The notes: generated by a model from the letters alone, not told the origin. Shown: positions 35,266 to 45,047, counted from the stretch's first letter. The stretch: DNA of 45,851 bases from Ignavibacteriota bacterium (GCA_003158365.1 PMIW01000054.1:1-45851); one strand, 5' to 3'. Translations and numbers: made by a program.

Positions 35266-36486
35266 GTGGAAAGTAAAAACAGAACTGCATTTTTAGTTAT
35301 ATTCCTGACGATATTCATAGACCTTCTCGGTTTCGGAATTATTATTCCCCTCCTTCCCGATTTCCTGAAAAATGTTGTGATGGCAAATGAATCTATTATA
35401 GGACTTGTAGTAGGCATTTTTTCACTTATGCAGTTTATATTTACTCCTGTATGGGGCTCGATGTCGGATATATACGGCAGGAAACCAATATTGGTAATGA
35501 GTCTGACCGGTAATGTAATTTCATATATATTAATGGCGCTTGTGTTTTCGGGAATATTTCCTTCTCTTATTTTATTAATTGTAGCAAGAGGACTTGCTGG
35601 AATTTTTTCCGCAAACTTATCGGCGGCTCAATCCGTTGTTTCAGATTTAACGACAAAAGAAAACCGTTCCAAAGGAATGGGAATAATCGGCGCAGCTTTC
35701 GGACTTGGATTTGTTTTCGGTCCCGCACTCGGCGGATTGCTATCATATAAATTCGGCTACGGCATGCCGCTTTTTCTTGCAGCATTCTTTTCGTTCGTTG
35801 CAGCACTGCTTTGCATTACAGTTTTCAAAGAAACACTGGACCCGGAATTAATGGCGCATAATAAAAAGAATTTTACAGGCGTTAAAGTAATTAATTTCAG
35901 AGGTGTTCACGATGTTATTACAAACCGCAGAGTGGGAATTTATGTAATAATATTCTTCTTCATTACATTTTCATTTGCAAATATTCACGCAACATTCCTG
36001 CTTTTTGCAGAAAGAAAAGACGGATTGAATTTAAACCAGGAAGAAGTAGGGCTCCTTCTTTCTTTTATAGGTGTCATTGCAGCTATCGTTCAGGGTACAA
36101 TGATTAAATTTTTCAAGAATAAAGTCGGAGAAGAGCGCTCTCTCATTTTAGGAAATATTTTAACAGGTATTGGACTTGCCTTGATTCCGTTTTCAATTAC
36201 AATTCCGATTATGCTTCTTGCACTCACTATTCTTGCATTCGGTAACGGGCTGAATAACCCCATGGTACTTGGATTAATTTCACAGAATGTCGGACAGGAT
36301 GAGCAGGGCTCGGTCCTCGGCGTAAATCAGGCTCTCGGCTCACTTGCCAGATTTCTCGGTCCCGTATGGGGCGGCTTTATATACCAGAGTCTCGGATTTC
36401 AGTTTCCTTTTTTATCGGGCGCATTCTTTATGATACTAATAACTATTTTCAGTATTATGTATCTAAAGCCTCAAAAAGTAGTTTGA
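35266..36486 (+). CDS. MFS transporter (Tet/drug-H+ antiporter-like, 12 TM)
   Basis: 406 aa with a GTG start. It has MFS motif A-like GSMSDIYGRKPIL and motif C-like regions. Confidence 0.8.
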   Translation: MESKNRTAFLVIFLTIFIDLLGFGIIIPLLPDFLKNVVMANESIIGLVVGIFSLMQFIFTPVWGSMSDIYGRKPILVMSLTGNVISYILMALVFSGIFPSLILLIVARGLAGIFSANLSAAQSVVSDLTTKENRSKGMGIIGAAFGLGFVFGPALGGLLSYKFGYGMPLFLAAFFSFVAALLCITVFKETLDPELMAHNKKNFTGVKVINFRGVHDVITNRRVGIYVIIFFFITFSFANIHATFLLFAERKDGLNLNQEEVGLLLSFIGVIAAIVQGTMIKFFKNKVGEERSLILGNILTGIGLALIPFSITIPIMLLALTILAFGNGLNNPMVLGLISQNVGQDEQGSVLGVNQALGSLARFLGPVWGGFIYQSLGFQFPFLSGAFFMILITIFSIMYLKPQKVV

Positions 36487-36548
36487 ATTGAAAATTGAAT
36501 TGATATTCAAAGTTATTAATTACTATTAATTTCTATACACTCTGCACA

Positions 36549-37226
36549 CTAAACCATTCCAATCACCGCTAACATCCTGCCGGATTTATCCCTGTCCCTT
36601 CTGTAAGAATGAAATAAATCTTTTTCTTTAAACGTGCAATATCCTGATACTTCAATATTTTCATTTCTGACACCGATTTTTTGCAATTGAATATAATTAT
36701 GCTTTTTTAAATCAATAAAATATTTTCCGTCTCTGTTTTCTTTCACTCCCTCATCAAATAAATCCGCAACATCTTTTCCAACTTCAAAATTATTCACGGA
36801 TATACCGGGACCAATGTAGGCAATTATTTTTTCAACATCGATTGAAAATTCTTTTATAAGTTTATTAATAGTAACACTTGTAATATTATTCAATGTACCC
36901 TTCCAGCCTGAGTGAATAGCGGCAACTACTTTTTTATCCGGTTCATACAAAAGTACCGGTATGCAGTCTGCTATGCTGACTGCAAGAAAATTGTTTTTCA
37001 AATTCGTGTAGAGTGCATCGCTGTCTTCAAAAAACGCCGGGCTTTTAACATGATTTGATTTTACCGAATGAGTCTGCCTTTGAAACGAGACCAGGTCCTC
37101 CTCTATACCAAGTTCTTTAAAAAAGATTTTCCTGTTTTCCCTGACCTTTTCATTTTTATCCCCCACCCTGTAGCTAAGATTAAAATAATATGGCGGTTCA
37201 CCATTCCCGCAAAACCTTGTGCTCAA
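36549..37226 (-). CDS. pgeF: Peptidoglycan editing factor PgeF / YfiH (DUF152, laccase-domain) protein
   Basis: It reads GLSTRFCGNG.., QTHS.., ADC.PVLLY and AIHSGWKGT. The start is TTG and the N-terminus is short. Confidence 0.8.
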   Translation of the reverse strand: MSTRFCGNGEPPYYFNLSYRVGDKNEKVRENRKIFFKELGIEEDLVSFQRQTHSVKSNHVKSPAFFEDSDALYTNLKNNFLAVSIADCIPVLLYEPDKKVVAAIHSGWKGTLNNITSVTINKLIKEFSIDVEKIIAYIGPGISVNNFEVGKDVADLFDEGVKENRDGKYFIDLKKHNYIQLQKIGVRNENIEVSGYCTFKEKDLFHSYRRDRDKSGRMLAVIGMV

Positions 37227-37278
37227 TCCCGATTTAATTTCGGGAAATTTTTGGTTTAATTATACTCATCAAAGTTTT

Positions 37279-37689
37279 TTAAATATCGTTCAGGAAATTT
37301 CTGCTTCTGTTTGATTTTTTCCTGGAGTCGATTTTTTTGGAAATAAGTCTTTCTTCCTTGGAAATCAAAGAGGGTTTTGTTTTGCGCCTTACTTTTTCTT
37401 TTTTAAATGCTTTTTCGATTAATTTATTGAATTTCTTAATTGCATCAAGCTTGTTTAAATACTGAGAGCGTTCGTTCTGGGATACTATTTTCAATATGCC
37501 GTTTTTATCAAGCTTATTCTTTAATTTAACAGTAAGAATATTTTTTTCCTCATCATCAAGTAATTTCGAATTAGGGATATCGAAGTTCAGCTCAATCTTA
37601 GTCGAGACCTTGTTTACATTCTGTCCGCCCTTTCCCCCGCTCCGTGATGCCTGAAATTTGAGCTCATTTTCAAAATCAATTTCTCTCAT
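37279..37689 (-). CDS. arfB: Alternative ribosome-rescue factor ArfB (peptidyl-tRNA hydrolase, GGQ domain plus basic tail)
   Basis: 136 aa. It has ASRSGGKGGQNVNKVSTKIEL and a lysine/arginine-rich C-terminal tail. Confidence 0.85.
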   Translation of the reverse strand: MREIDFENELKFQASRSGGKGGQNVNKVSTKIELNFDIPNSKLLDDEEKNILTVKLKNKLDKNGILKIVSQNERSQYLNKLDAIKKFNKLIEKAFKKEKVRRKTKPSLISKEERLISKKIDSRKKSNRSRNFLNDI

Positions 37690-37940
37690 AAATAATCATT
37701 TTATAAGAAGATAAAACATATATAAATTTATAAAAACAAATAAATAATTGACCATATTTAAATAATTGCAGATAATATTTTTGATAATTATAACAGATTT
37801 AATTTTATTTATGATTTTATTATTCTGATCTCACGGTTTTTTTTCAGTGAAATCGGTGAAATCAGATTAATCAGTGATTATTTATTTACTTTCTTAACTG
37901 ATAAATCTTTTTTAACTTTAATGATAAATTAAAAACTCAT

Positions 37941-38915
37941 ATGAATAAGTTAATAACGATAATAACTTTTATCTTTCTTATTTTTGGTTTGGCAAAAGCG
38001 CAAACAAAAATTGTTTACAGCTCGGATGATACAAAAAGTAATTATCTGCAGATTTTCACTATGAACGATGACGGAACAAATAAAAAACAAATCACCGACC
38101 TTCCCGCAAACTGCTCCCATCCGAGGTGGTCGCCTGATGGTTCTAAAATAGTATTCCAGACTGATGATGACAGGATATTTTTAATTGTAAATGCCGATGC
38201 TGATACTGCAGATGAACCGATATTTATTTTCGGCGGCTCCAATCCGTCATTTACGGCAGATAATGATCAGATATTATTCAATTCCGACCACGATGGAGCT
38301 CTGTCAATTTACATAATCGACCCCGCAGAAGGTGAAGCGTACCTGATTTCAACAATCGGTTATTCCAACCAGCAGGTTCTGTCAAAAAGCGGCAAATACC
38401 TTGCATATTCGGCTTTCTACGACGGCAGCAAATGTATAATGATGACGGACCTGGAAGATACAACCGATGACAATACATTTCAGATTAATGTTAATGATAA
38501 TGCCAATTTGCTTCCAGATTTATCATCAGACGCAAATATGATTGTTTATGCGGGTTTTAATAACCAGCTTAACGGGACAATATACCTTTTTAATAACGGG
38601 AAAGAATCGGCACTAACAAAAGGAATCACAAGCTGCAACCTGCCGAAGTTTTCACCCGATGACAGCAAGATTGCATTCCTTTCAATCGGAACAAACTCCG
38701 TTAAACTTTATACTATGAATCTCGACGGAAGCAATAAAGAAGCAATTAATAATAAGGGCGGAAATATCGGAACTTATAAATGGATCGATAACGACAGGAT
38801 AGTTTTTGACGCTGAAAACGGTAGTGAATACCAGATTGGAATCATTACCTTAAGTACGGGTAAATGCACTATGCTGACGGGACAGGGAAATAATTTACAT
38901 CCTGACGTGTTTTAA
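37941..38915 (+). CDS. PD40/TolB-like WD40-type beta-propeller repeat protein, secreted
   Basis: It has a signal peptide and recurring P.(W/F)SPDGSKI(V/A)F-type PD40 repeats (HPRWSPDGSKIVF, LPKFSPDDSKIAFLS). Confidence 0.7.
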   Translation: MNKLITIITFIFLIFGLAKAQTKIVYSSDDTKSNYLQIFTMNDDGTNKKQITDLPANCSHPRWSPDGSKIVFQTDDDRIFLIVNADADTADEPIFIFGGSNPSFTADNDQILFNSDHDGALSIYIIDPAEGEAYLISTIGYSNQQVLSKSGKYLAYSAFYDGSKCIMMTDLEDTTDDNTFQINVNDNANLLPDLSSDANMIVYAGFNNQLNGTIYLFNNGKESALTKGITSCNLPKFSPDDSKIAFLSIGTNSVKLYTMNLDGSNKEAINNKGGNIGTYKWIDNDRIVFDAENGSEYQIGIITLSTGKCTMLTGQGNNLHPDVF

Positions 38916-38942
38916 AATTTTTGTTAATTTAATTTATTTGAT

Positions 38943-39893
38943 TTGAAAGTAATTGAACATTTAGAAACAGCAAAAAATCCTTTAATAAGTTTTGAAATTA
39001 TTCCCCCTCTAAGAGGCGGTGATATTAAACAGATATTCAATATCATCGATGACCTGATTAAATATAATCCGCCGTTTATAGATGTAACTTCTCATTCCGC
39101 TGAAGTCCAGTATGAAGAAACTCCTGATGGCATTAAGAAAAAAGTAAAGAGGAAAAGGCCCGGCACAATTGGTTTATGCGTCGCAATAAAAAATAAATAT
39201 AACATAGAAGCTGTACCGCATCTGCTCTGTTCGGGATTTACTAAAGAAGAAACCGAAGATGCTCTCATAGAACTTAATTATCTCGGCATTGAAAATGTTC
39301 TGGCTGTAAGGGGTGACGAAAGAGAATACAAGAAACCAATTCCACAGGGAAAAACCAGCAATGTTTATACAGTCGAACTCGTAGAGCAGATTGTGAATAT
39401 GAACAAGGGAATTTACCTTGAAGAAGATTTGCTCGATGCGACACCGACTGAATTCTGCATTGGCGTCGGAGGTTATCCCGAAAAACATTTCGAAGCACCT
39501 AACCTGAAATCAGACATTAAATTTCTCAAAGATAAACTGGATAAGGGCGCACACTATGTTGTTACACAGATGTTTTTTAATAATGAACATTTTTTCAGCT
39601 TTGTTAAAAATTGCAGGGAAGCGGGTATTACTGCCCCGATTATTCCCGGAATAAAGATTCTTACGAATAAAAAGCATCTTACAAGTCTCCCGAAAGATTT
39701 TATAATTGAAATTCCCGAGGAGTTATCTGAAGAAATAATGAATGCAGATGCCAGACATTCACAGGAAATCGGAATTAACTGGTCTTTTAAACAGGTTGAA
39801 GCTTTGTTTAATTTCGGAGTGCCTGCAGTGCATTTTTATATTTTGCAAAACTCGATTCCGATGCAAAAACTGATAAAAAAATTGAATATATAG
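38943..39893 (+). CDS. metF: Methylenetetrahydrofolate reductase
   Basis: 316 aa with a TTG start. It reads SFEIIPPLRG, NVLAVRGD and VVTQMFF. Confidence 0.85.
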   Translation: MKVIEHLETAKNPLISFEIIPPLRGGDIKQIFNIIDDLIKYNPPFIDVTSHSAEVQYEETPDGIKKKVKRKRPGTIGLCVAIKNKYNIEAVPHLLCSGFTKEETEDALIELNYLGIENVLAVRGDEREYKKPIPQGKTSNVYTVELVEQIVNMNKGIYLEEDLLDATPTEFCIGVGGYPEKHFEAPNLKSDIKFLKDKLDKGAHYVVTQMFFNNEHFFSFVKNCREAGITAPIIPGIKILTNKKHLTSLPKDFIIEIPEELSEEIMNADARHSQEIGINWSFKQVEALFNFGVPAVHFYILQNSIPMQKLIKKLNI

Positions 39894-40002
39894 AAATTAG
39901 TATCTTGAAATTTTGTTTTTTTGTTGATATTTTTAGTTGATGGAATTAGAAAAGATTTTAATATTTCTCAAGTTTACAAATAAGAACTTTTAATAATATT
40001 TT

Positions 40003-40037
40003 AAAAAGTGTATCCCGAAAAGATACACTTTTTTTTT
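40003..40037 (+). terminator. Rho-independent terminator after metF
   Basis: AAAAAGTGTATC-CCGAAAA-GATACACTTTTT followed by a T-run. Confidence 0.75.
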
Positions 40038-40050
40038 GCACACAAAAAAT

Positions 40051-40677
40051 ATGGACACAAACAATTTTTTAAAGCTTTTCAAAAAAAACGAGATTGATAA
40101 AACCGAAACACTGAGATTTGTTTATGTGAACCGAAAAAAGATTGTCACATATGTTCCTCTCGGCTTTGTGGACAAATTAACATTTGAAATGTCTTTCGCC
40201 GGAGCAGGAAAAATCGGCAATTATGAATTCTGCTCATTCAGAACAAAAGGTCTCGGTACGTTTATGCCCGGCAAATCCGCCAAACCGTTCGAAGGTAAAA
40301 AAGGAAAACTTGCTTTCGAGGAGGAAGTAAGACTGGAAGTGGAATGCGGCGAAGAGAATCTGGACAGAGTAATTGATGCACTCTTCTTAAATCACCCCTA
40401 TGAAGAAGTTGCATATGAAATTTATGATTTCAAAAAACGCTCCGGTAAACCTGCATCGGTTGTTATTGGTTTTAAAAAACCCGTTTCCTTTAAAAATATT
40501 ATTACAAGAATAAATAAAAATATTAATCAGGATAGTATAGACGGGAATTACAGTATTAAGAATTTGTGCTTTACCAGCTGCGAAGTGAATAATTCACTGA
40601 TGTTAAAAGCTAAGGAAAAGAACTGTAAACTAATTATATTTTCTGAAAAAAATAAATTAAAATTCAAATACATATAA
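40051..40677 (+). CDS. Truncated or degenerate Nif3-family (YqfO-like) protein retaining the PII-like insert domain only
   Basis: VTYVPLGFVDKLTFEMSFAGAGKIGNYEFCSFRTKGLGTFMPGKSAKPFEGKKGKLAFEEEVRLEVEC matches the insert domain of YqfO-type Nif3 proteins. The N-terminal HHP-type and C-terminal GHY.(S/T)E metal-ligand regions are absent. The start is taken at ATG 40051 rather than the TTG at 40036, which lies in the terminator T-run. Confidence 0.65.
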   Translation: MDTNNFLKLFKKNEIDKTETLRFVYVNRKKIVTYVPLGFVDKLTFEMSFAGAGKIGNYEFCSFRTKGLGTFMPGKSAKPFEGKKGKLAFEEEVRLEVECGEENLDRVIDALFLNHPYEEVAYEIYDFKKRSGKPASVVIGFKKPVSFKNIITRINKNINQDSIDGNYSIKNLCFTSCEVNNSLMLKAKEKNCKLIIFSEKNKLKFKYI

Positions 40678-41528
40678 TGGACGAAACTAATTTAGAAAAA
40701 ACTCCAATTGAAGAAAATAACGATTCCCAAAACCCGGGAGAAAAAGAGGATGAATCGCGGATATTGGAATTCTTTGAGTACAAAGAAGGTATTCAAAGAC
40801 CAAGTTTAAATGATAAATTAATTATTCTGTATGAACTGACTAAAATCGATAAAGAACTGGCTGAAATTGACGAGGAAAAAGGAGATTTACCCGAAAAAAT
40901 AAAAGCATTGCTGGATAGCATCGATACTATTGAAGCAATCATCAAAGAAGATTCGGGCAAAGTCGAGCAGTTCGAAAATGAAAAACAGCAGCTTATCAAA
41001 GATAATAAAGTGCACGAAGAAAAAATGAGCAAGTATGATGAACTTAAATATAACGCAAAGAGTAACAAGGAATATGATGAGATAGTAAAATCCATCGACG
41101 CTTTTATTGAACTGATTGAAAAAAACGAAAAACGCATAAAAGAAATCGATTCGCTCAATGCCACTGTTGTAAAAGATATCGAAGAAAGAAATTTAAGGAA
41201 CGAAGAGTATAAAAAGGAGCTCGAAGAGAATAAGGAGCACCTGAATGAACTTAATACGGAATTTGAAGATGAAGAAAATGAGCTTACTAAAAAGAGAGAA
41301 TTGCTTATTGTGAAAATCGATGATGAAACAAGGAGTTTATATGAAAGAATCAACAGCGGCTCAATGAGAGGTGAAGCAATTGCAATAGTAAGAAAAGGCA
41401 ACTGCAGCGGATGCTATAACTCGGTGCCTCCCCAGAGGGAAATAGAAATTAAAATGGCAGAAGAAGTTTTTACCTGCCAGTCGTGCGGAAGAATTTTAAT
41501 AGACGAATCAATATTACCGAATAGTTAG
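40677..41528 (+). CDS. COG1579-type coiled-coil protein with C-terminal C4 zinc ribbon
   Basis: 283 aa. A long E/K-rich coiled coil is followed by CSGCYNSVPPQ...FTCQSCGRIL. The start overlaps the upstream stop (TAATG). Confidence 0.75.
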   Translation: MDETNLEKTPIEENNDSQNPGEKEDESRILEFFEYKEGIQRPSLNDKLIILYELTKIDKELAEIDEEKGDLPEKIKALLDSIDTIEAIIKEDSGKVEQFENEKQQLIKDNKVHEEKMSKYDELKYNAKSNKEYDEIVKSIDAFIELIEKNEKRIKEIDSLNATVVKDIEERNLRNEEYKKELEENKEHLNELNTEFEDEENELTKKRELLIVKIDDETRSLYERINSGSMRGEAIAIVRKGNCSGCYNSVPPQREIEIKMAEEVFTCQSCGRILIDESILPNS

Positions 41529-41544
41529 ATTGTTCTTTTTAATA

Positions 41545-41924
41545 TCCGTTCCGTTTTAGGCAATCGCGCGAATCCTTTATCGGATAGTGAGGAAAGTCCG
41601 GACTCCATCGAAGCAGGGATGCCGGGAGAAATTCCCGGGCTGTTTATACGTCAACGTTAAACGGCAGAAAGTGTTACAGAAAAGTAAACTGCCCTTAGGG
41701 GCAAAGGTGAAACGGCAGGGTAAAAGCCTACCATTCAAAAAGCAATTTTTGAGATTGACAAACCTCATCCGGAGCAAGGCCATGTATAGGGAGTAAAGTT
41801 CTGCTTGCTTATTATACTCCCGGGGTAGGTCGCAAAAAGCCTGCGGGCAACTGCAGGATAAGATAAATGATTGCCGGTCCCGATTCATCGGGACTACAGA
41901 ATCCGGCTTATTAAACGGAACGGA
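41545..41924 (+). ncRNA. rnpB: RNase P RNA, bacterial type A
   Basis: The P4 5' strand is GAGGAAAGTCCGGACTCC. Other conserved blocks are AAGGTGAAACGGCAGGGTAAAAGCCTACC, CATCCGGAGCAAGGCCA and GGTAGGTCGC, and the 3' P4 strand is ACAGAATCCGGCTTA. The P1 helix pairs TCCGTTCCGTTT (41545-41556) with AAACGGAACGGA (41913-41924). Confidence 0.93.
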
Positions 41925-41927
41925 ATA

Positions 41928-42884
41928 TTAACTCATCTCCAGCATTCTCAATATCGGCTTCAATGCCTTTACTCTCAAATCCTCATCCATCGTAATCTCG
42001 GGAGTTTTATCCCTCATACACAAATATAATTTTTCCATTGTATTGAGCTTCATATAAGGGCATTCATTGCAGGAGCAAGACGCTTCGGGCGGTGCTGTTA
42101 TAAAAATTTTATCGGGACATTTTTTTGTCATCTGCGTTAAAATCCCCGGCTCTGTTGCAACTATAAATTCTTTAGCCGGGTCTTCCTGAACAAATTTCAG
42201 CAGTGCGCTCGTCGAGCCTATAAAATCAGCATAATTCAAAACCGTTTCTTCACATTCAGGATGTGCGATTATTTTTGCCTGCGGATGCTCGGTTTTTAAT
42301 TTTATAATTTTCTTTTCGCTGAAAGTCTCGTGAACAATGCACGAGCCCTGCCAGAGCTTCATTTCCCTTCCCGTTTTTTTAATCAGGTACTTGCCAAGAT
42401 TTTTATCGGGAGCGAAAATTATTTTTTGGCTTACGGGTAATTGCTTTACGATTTTTTCTGCATTGGATGATGTACATATAATATCCGAAATTGCTTTCAC
42501 ATCCGCAGAACAGTTTATATAACTAATAACTATATGGTCCGGATTTTTATCTTTAAATTTTTGTAAAAGCGGCGCAGGGCATCCTTCAGCAAGCGAGCAT
42601 CCGGCTTTTAAATCGGGAAGCAAAACCAGTTTATCGGGATTCAAAATCTTCGCAGTCTCTGCCATAAAATGCACGCCTGCAAATACAATTACATCAGCTT
42701 TGGTTTTCTGTGCCTCCTGTGCAAGCTGCAAACTGTCACCTATATAATCTGCAATATCCTGTATCTCCGACTCCTGATAAAAGTGCGCTAGAATTACCGC
42801 ATTCAGCTCTTTTTTAAGTCTCTTTATTTCTTCTACGAAATCAACTTCAATCTCAGCAATATCAGTGTTTTGTGTATTAAGCAT
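41928..42884 (-). CDS. nadA: Quinolinate synthase
   Basis: 318 aa. It reads [51 protein letters not shown] and CPYMK, consistent with NadA. Confidence 0.88.
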   Translation of the reverse strand: MLNTQNTDIAEIEVDFVEEIKRLKKELNAVILAHFYQESEIQDIADYIGDSLQLAQEAQKTKADVIVFAGVHFMAETAKILNPDKLVLLPDLKAGCSLAEGCPAPLLQKFKDKNPDHIVISYINCSADVKAISDIICTSSNAEKIVKQLPVSQKIIFAPDKNLGKYLIKKTGREMKLWQGSCIVHETFSEKKIIKLKTEHPQAKIIAHPECEETVLNYADFIGSTSALLKFVQEDPAKEFIVATEPGILTQMTKKCPDKIFITAPPEASCSCNECPYMKLNTMEKLYLCMRDKTPEITMDEDLRVKALKPILRMLEMS

Positions 42885-43010
42885 ATTTATTAATTTTTTT
42901 CCTCTTACAAATTAAGATATTTATTCCTCTTTTAATATGAAACAAAAAATATCAGTTATTAATTATATAGTGAATTACAACTTCCTGATTTATTTCGTAA
43001 ATTATTGTAT

Positions 43011-43682
43011 ATGAAAGCAATGATACTTGCGGCGGGTTTCGGAACGCGCCTGAAACCACTTACGGATAATTTACCAAAGGCACTCGTGCCTTTCCAAAAC
43101 GAACCTATGGTAAATTATCAAATAAAAAAACTTAAAGAATTCGGATTCACCGAAATCATTATCAACGCACACCATTTCGCAAATCAAATCATTGACTACT
43201 TCAATCAAAACTCTTTCGGAATAAAAATAAACGTAATCGAAGAAGAAATAATTCTCGGCACGGGTGGAGGAATCCTTAATGCAAAAAAATATCTTGAAAA
43301 AGAAGATTTCTTCCTCGCAATAAACGTGGATGTCTTTACCGTTTTTGATTTTTCCAAAATAATAATTTTTCATAAATCTAAAACTCCACTTGCATCTGTC
43401 GCCGTGCAAAAAAGGAAAACAAAAAGGTATCTTGAATTCGACGACAATATGAAACTACTCCGCCGCCAAAATGAGCAATCTCAAAAAGAAAATCTTTACG
43501 CATTTAACGGAGTACATATAATATCAAATAAAATATTCACTGAAAGAAAAATTGAATATCTTGATATCTTCGATTTATATTTTGAAATGATGAAAACCGG
43601 TGAAGAAGTTTTCGGCTTCGATGTCGAAACCAGCGAATTCAGGGATTTGGGAAAAATTGAAGCGCTGAATTTTTTAAAATAA
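43011..43682 (+). CDS. Sugar-phosphate nucleotidyltransferase (NTP_transferase family, MurU/GlmU-N-like)
   Basis: It has the MKAMILAAGFGTRLKPLTDNLPKALVP G-x-G-T-R signature. The start is taken at ATG 43011 (the ORF track starts at TTG 43005). Confidence 0.75.
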   Translation: MKAMILAAGFGTRLKPLTDNLPKALVPFQNEPMVNYQIKKLKEFGFTEIIINAHHFANQIIDYFNQNSFGIKINVIEEEIILGTGGGILNAKKYLEKEDFFLAINVDVFTVFDFSKIIIFHKSKTPLASVAVQKRKTKRYLEFDDNMKLLRRQNEQSQKENLYAFNGVHIISNKIFTERKIEYLDIFDLYFEMMKTGEEVFGFDVETSEFRDLGKIEALNFLK

Positions 43683-43764
43683 AATATTGTTTTATTAATC
43701 ATACTGGAAATTAACATCAAAAAAATTCAGGTATTTTTTCTTGAAAATTATCAGGAAACAGAAT

Positions 43765-44643
43765 ATGAAATTTTTTAATATTTTATTGTTCTGCATTTTC
43801 CTCATTACAATTTCAATAAATGCACAAATAGATACAACTGCTGTAAATGGCTGGAGACCAAATGGAATAGACAGCGCCATTACATATTTTCACTCACAGT
43901 TTACAACAGACCATAATCACGGAAATTTCGCTCAGGAATTCGATTTATCGGGGTTTAACAACGGATACTTGGAGATTGAAAAGACAATTCCACCGGTATT
44001 CCGTTCTCCAAATGCATTAAATTTATTTATAGATACAAAACTTATAGAACTATCACCTGTTTCTTCTCAGACTGCATCAGTTTCAAATCTTTATATTGCC
44101 AATTATAACAATCACTGGTCTGAATGTCCAGGATGGAATGCAACTACTTCCGCTTTAAATATCTGGTGGACTTACATTACAGGTGAAGATACTGGATTCA
44201 CTCAGCAAATAAATAAACTAAAGATAAGATTTTATTTAAAGTATACACCGGGTGGACTGGCTATTAAATCGAAAATCATTTTAGACTGGTATACCACTTG
44301 GAATATCCAAGGATACCATGAATCTATGATTGATGATTTTGAGTTGGTAACAAAAATCTCTGAAGAAAATGAGAATGTTAAAGATTTTCAACTGAGTCAG
44401 AATTACCCAAACCCATTCAATCCAAAAACAGTGATAGAGTTTTATCTTCCTAAAAAAAGTTTTACGAAATTAACTGTATATGATTTGCTCGGAAGGGAAA
44501 TTGAAGTTATTGTAAATAATGAGTTGCAGTCAGGAAATTATAAAGTAAATTTTGACGGAAGTAAATTATCAAACGGAATGTATTTTTACAAATTACAAGC
44601 GGCAGATTATGTACAGGTAAAAAAAATGGTTCTTATTAAATAA
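43765..44643 (+). CDS. Secreted hypothetical protein with T9SS sorting domain
   Basis: The start is taken at ATG 43765 (MKFFNILLFCIFLITISINAQ). The C-terminus is LSQNYPNPFNPKTVIEFYL...GMYFYKLQAADYVQVKKMVLIK. Confidence 0.7.
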   Translation: MKFFNILLFCIFLITISINAQIDTTAVNGWRPNGIDSAITYFHSQFTTDHNHGNFAQEFDLSGFNNGYLEIEKTIPPVFRSPNALNLFIDTKLIELSPVSSQTASVSNLYIANYNNHWSECPGWNATTSALNIWWTYITGEDTGFTQQINKLKIRFYLKYTPGGLAIKSKIILDWYTTWNIQGYHESMIDDFELVTKISEENENVKDFQLSQNYPNPFNPKTVIEFYLPKKSFTKLTVYDLLGREIEVIVNNELQSGNYKVNFDGSKLSNGMYFYKLQAADYVQVKKMVLIK

Positions 44644-44647
44644 TGCC

Positions 44648-44884
44648 CTAAATCACATTCTCCAGCCTTATTATCTCCGGTACTTCTTTCATAATCTTGC
44701 GCTCTATTCCGGCGCGGAGTGTCATTACATTTAATGGGCAGGCATAGCAGGCACCGAGCAATTTTACCTTTACGATATTATCATCGGTAACTTCGACAAG
44801 CTGGACATCTCCCCCGTCAACCATCAGGTAAGGTCTGATGTTCTTTAAAATTTCCTCGACTTTTTCAAATAATTCCCGGTTCAT
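44648..44884 (-). CDS. NifU-like C-terminal domain protein (Fe-S cluster scaffold or carrier)
   Basis: It reads IRPYLMVDGGDVQLVEV...LLGACYACPLNVMTLRAGIE, with the C-x-x-C motif. The start is taken at the internal ATG 44884. Confidence 0.75.
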   Translation of the reverse strand: MNRELFEKVEEILKNIRPYLMVDGGDVQLVEVTDDNIVKVKLLGACYACPLNVMTLRAGIERKIMKEVPEIIRLENVI

Positions 44885-45047
44885 ATAATGTTCAAAAATA
44901 ACAAAATTGTTCTTAATAATAAACAATATTCGTAAAAAAAACCGCTAAATTTAAAGAATTTTAAATATTTTTATATTGTTGAAGTAAGAGGGTGGTAATA
45001 TTTATTTTTCCATTAATTTAAGTTTTGAAATTTCCTAAATTAACCCA

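Noticed and set aside
37227-37262. Possible N-terminal truncation or pseudogenisation of pgeF (short N-terminus, TTG start, in-frame stop at 37260-37262)
   Set aside because: The conserved core (GLSTR.., HSGWKG and others) is intact and uninterrupted. A short N-terminus with a TTG start is sufficient and there is no frameshift evidence.
40793-41401. 202-aa serine/leucine-rich ORF on the minus strand
   Set aside because: It is exactly antisense to the E/K-rich coiled coil of the zinc-ribbon protein. GAA/AAA codons read as TTC/TTT on the other strand and keep the frame open. It has low-complexity composition and no independent signals.
41577-41888. 103-aa (-) and 69-aa (+, 41587-41796) ORFs
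   Set aside because: Both lie entirely inside the RNase P RNA gene, whose conserved P4, P1 and other blocks explain the sequence.
767-44643. Recurrent ~23-nt motif (AATTATCCGAATCCNTTCAATCC and variants) that might suggest a dispersed repeat or CRISPR-like array
   Set aside because: Every copy is in frame within a CDS (or the pseudogene at 23288) and encodes NYPNPFNP at the start of the T9SS sorting domain. Spacing is gene-sized and irregular. I saw no direct-repeat/spacer array anywhere in the window.
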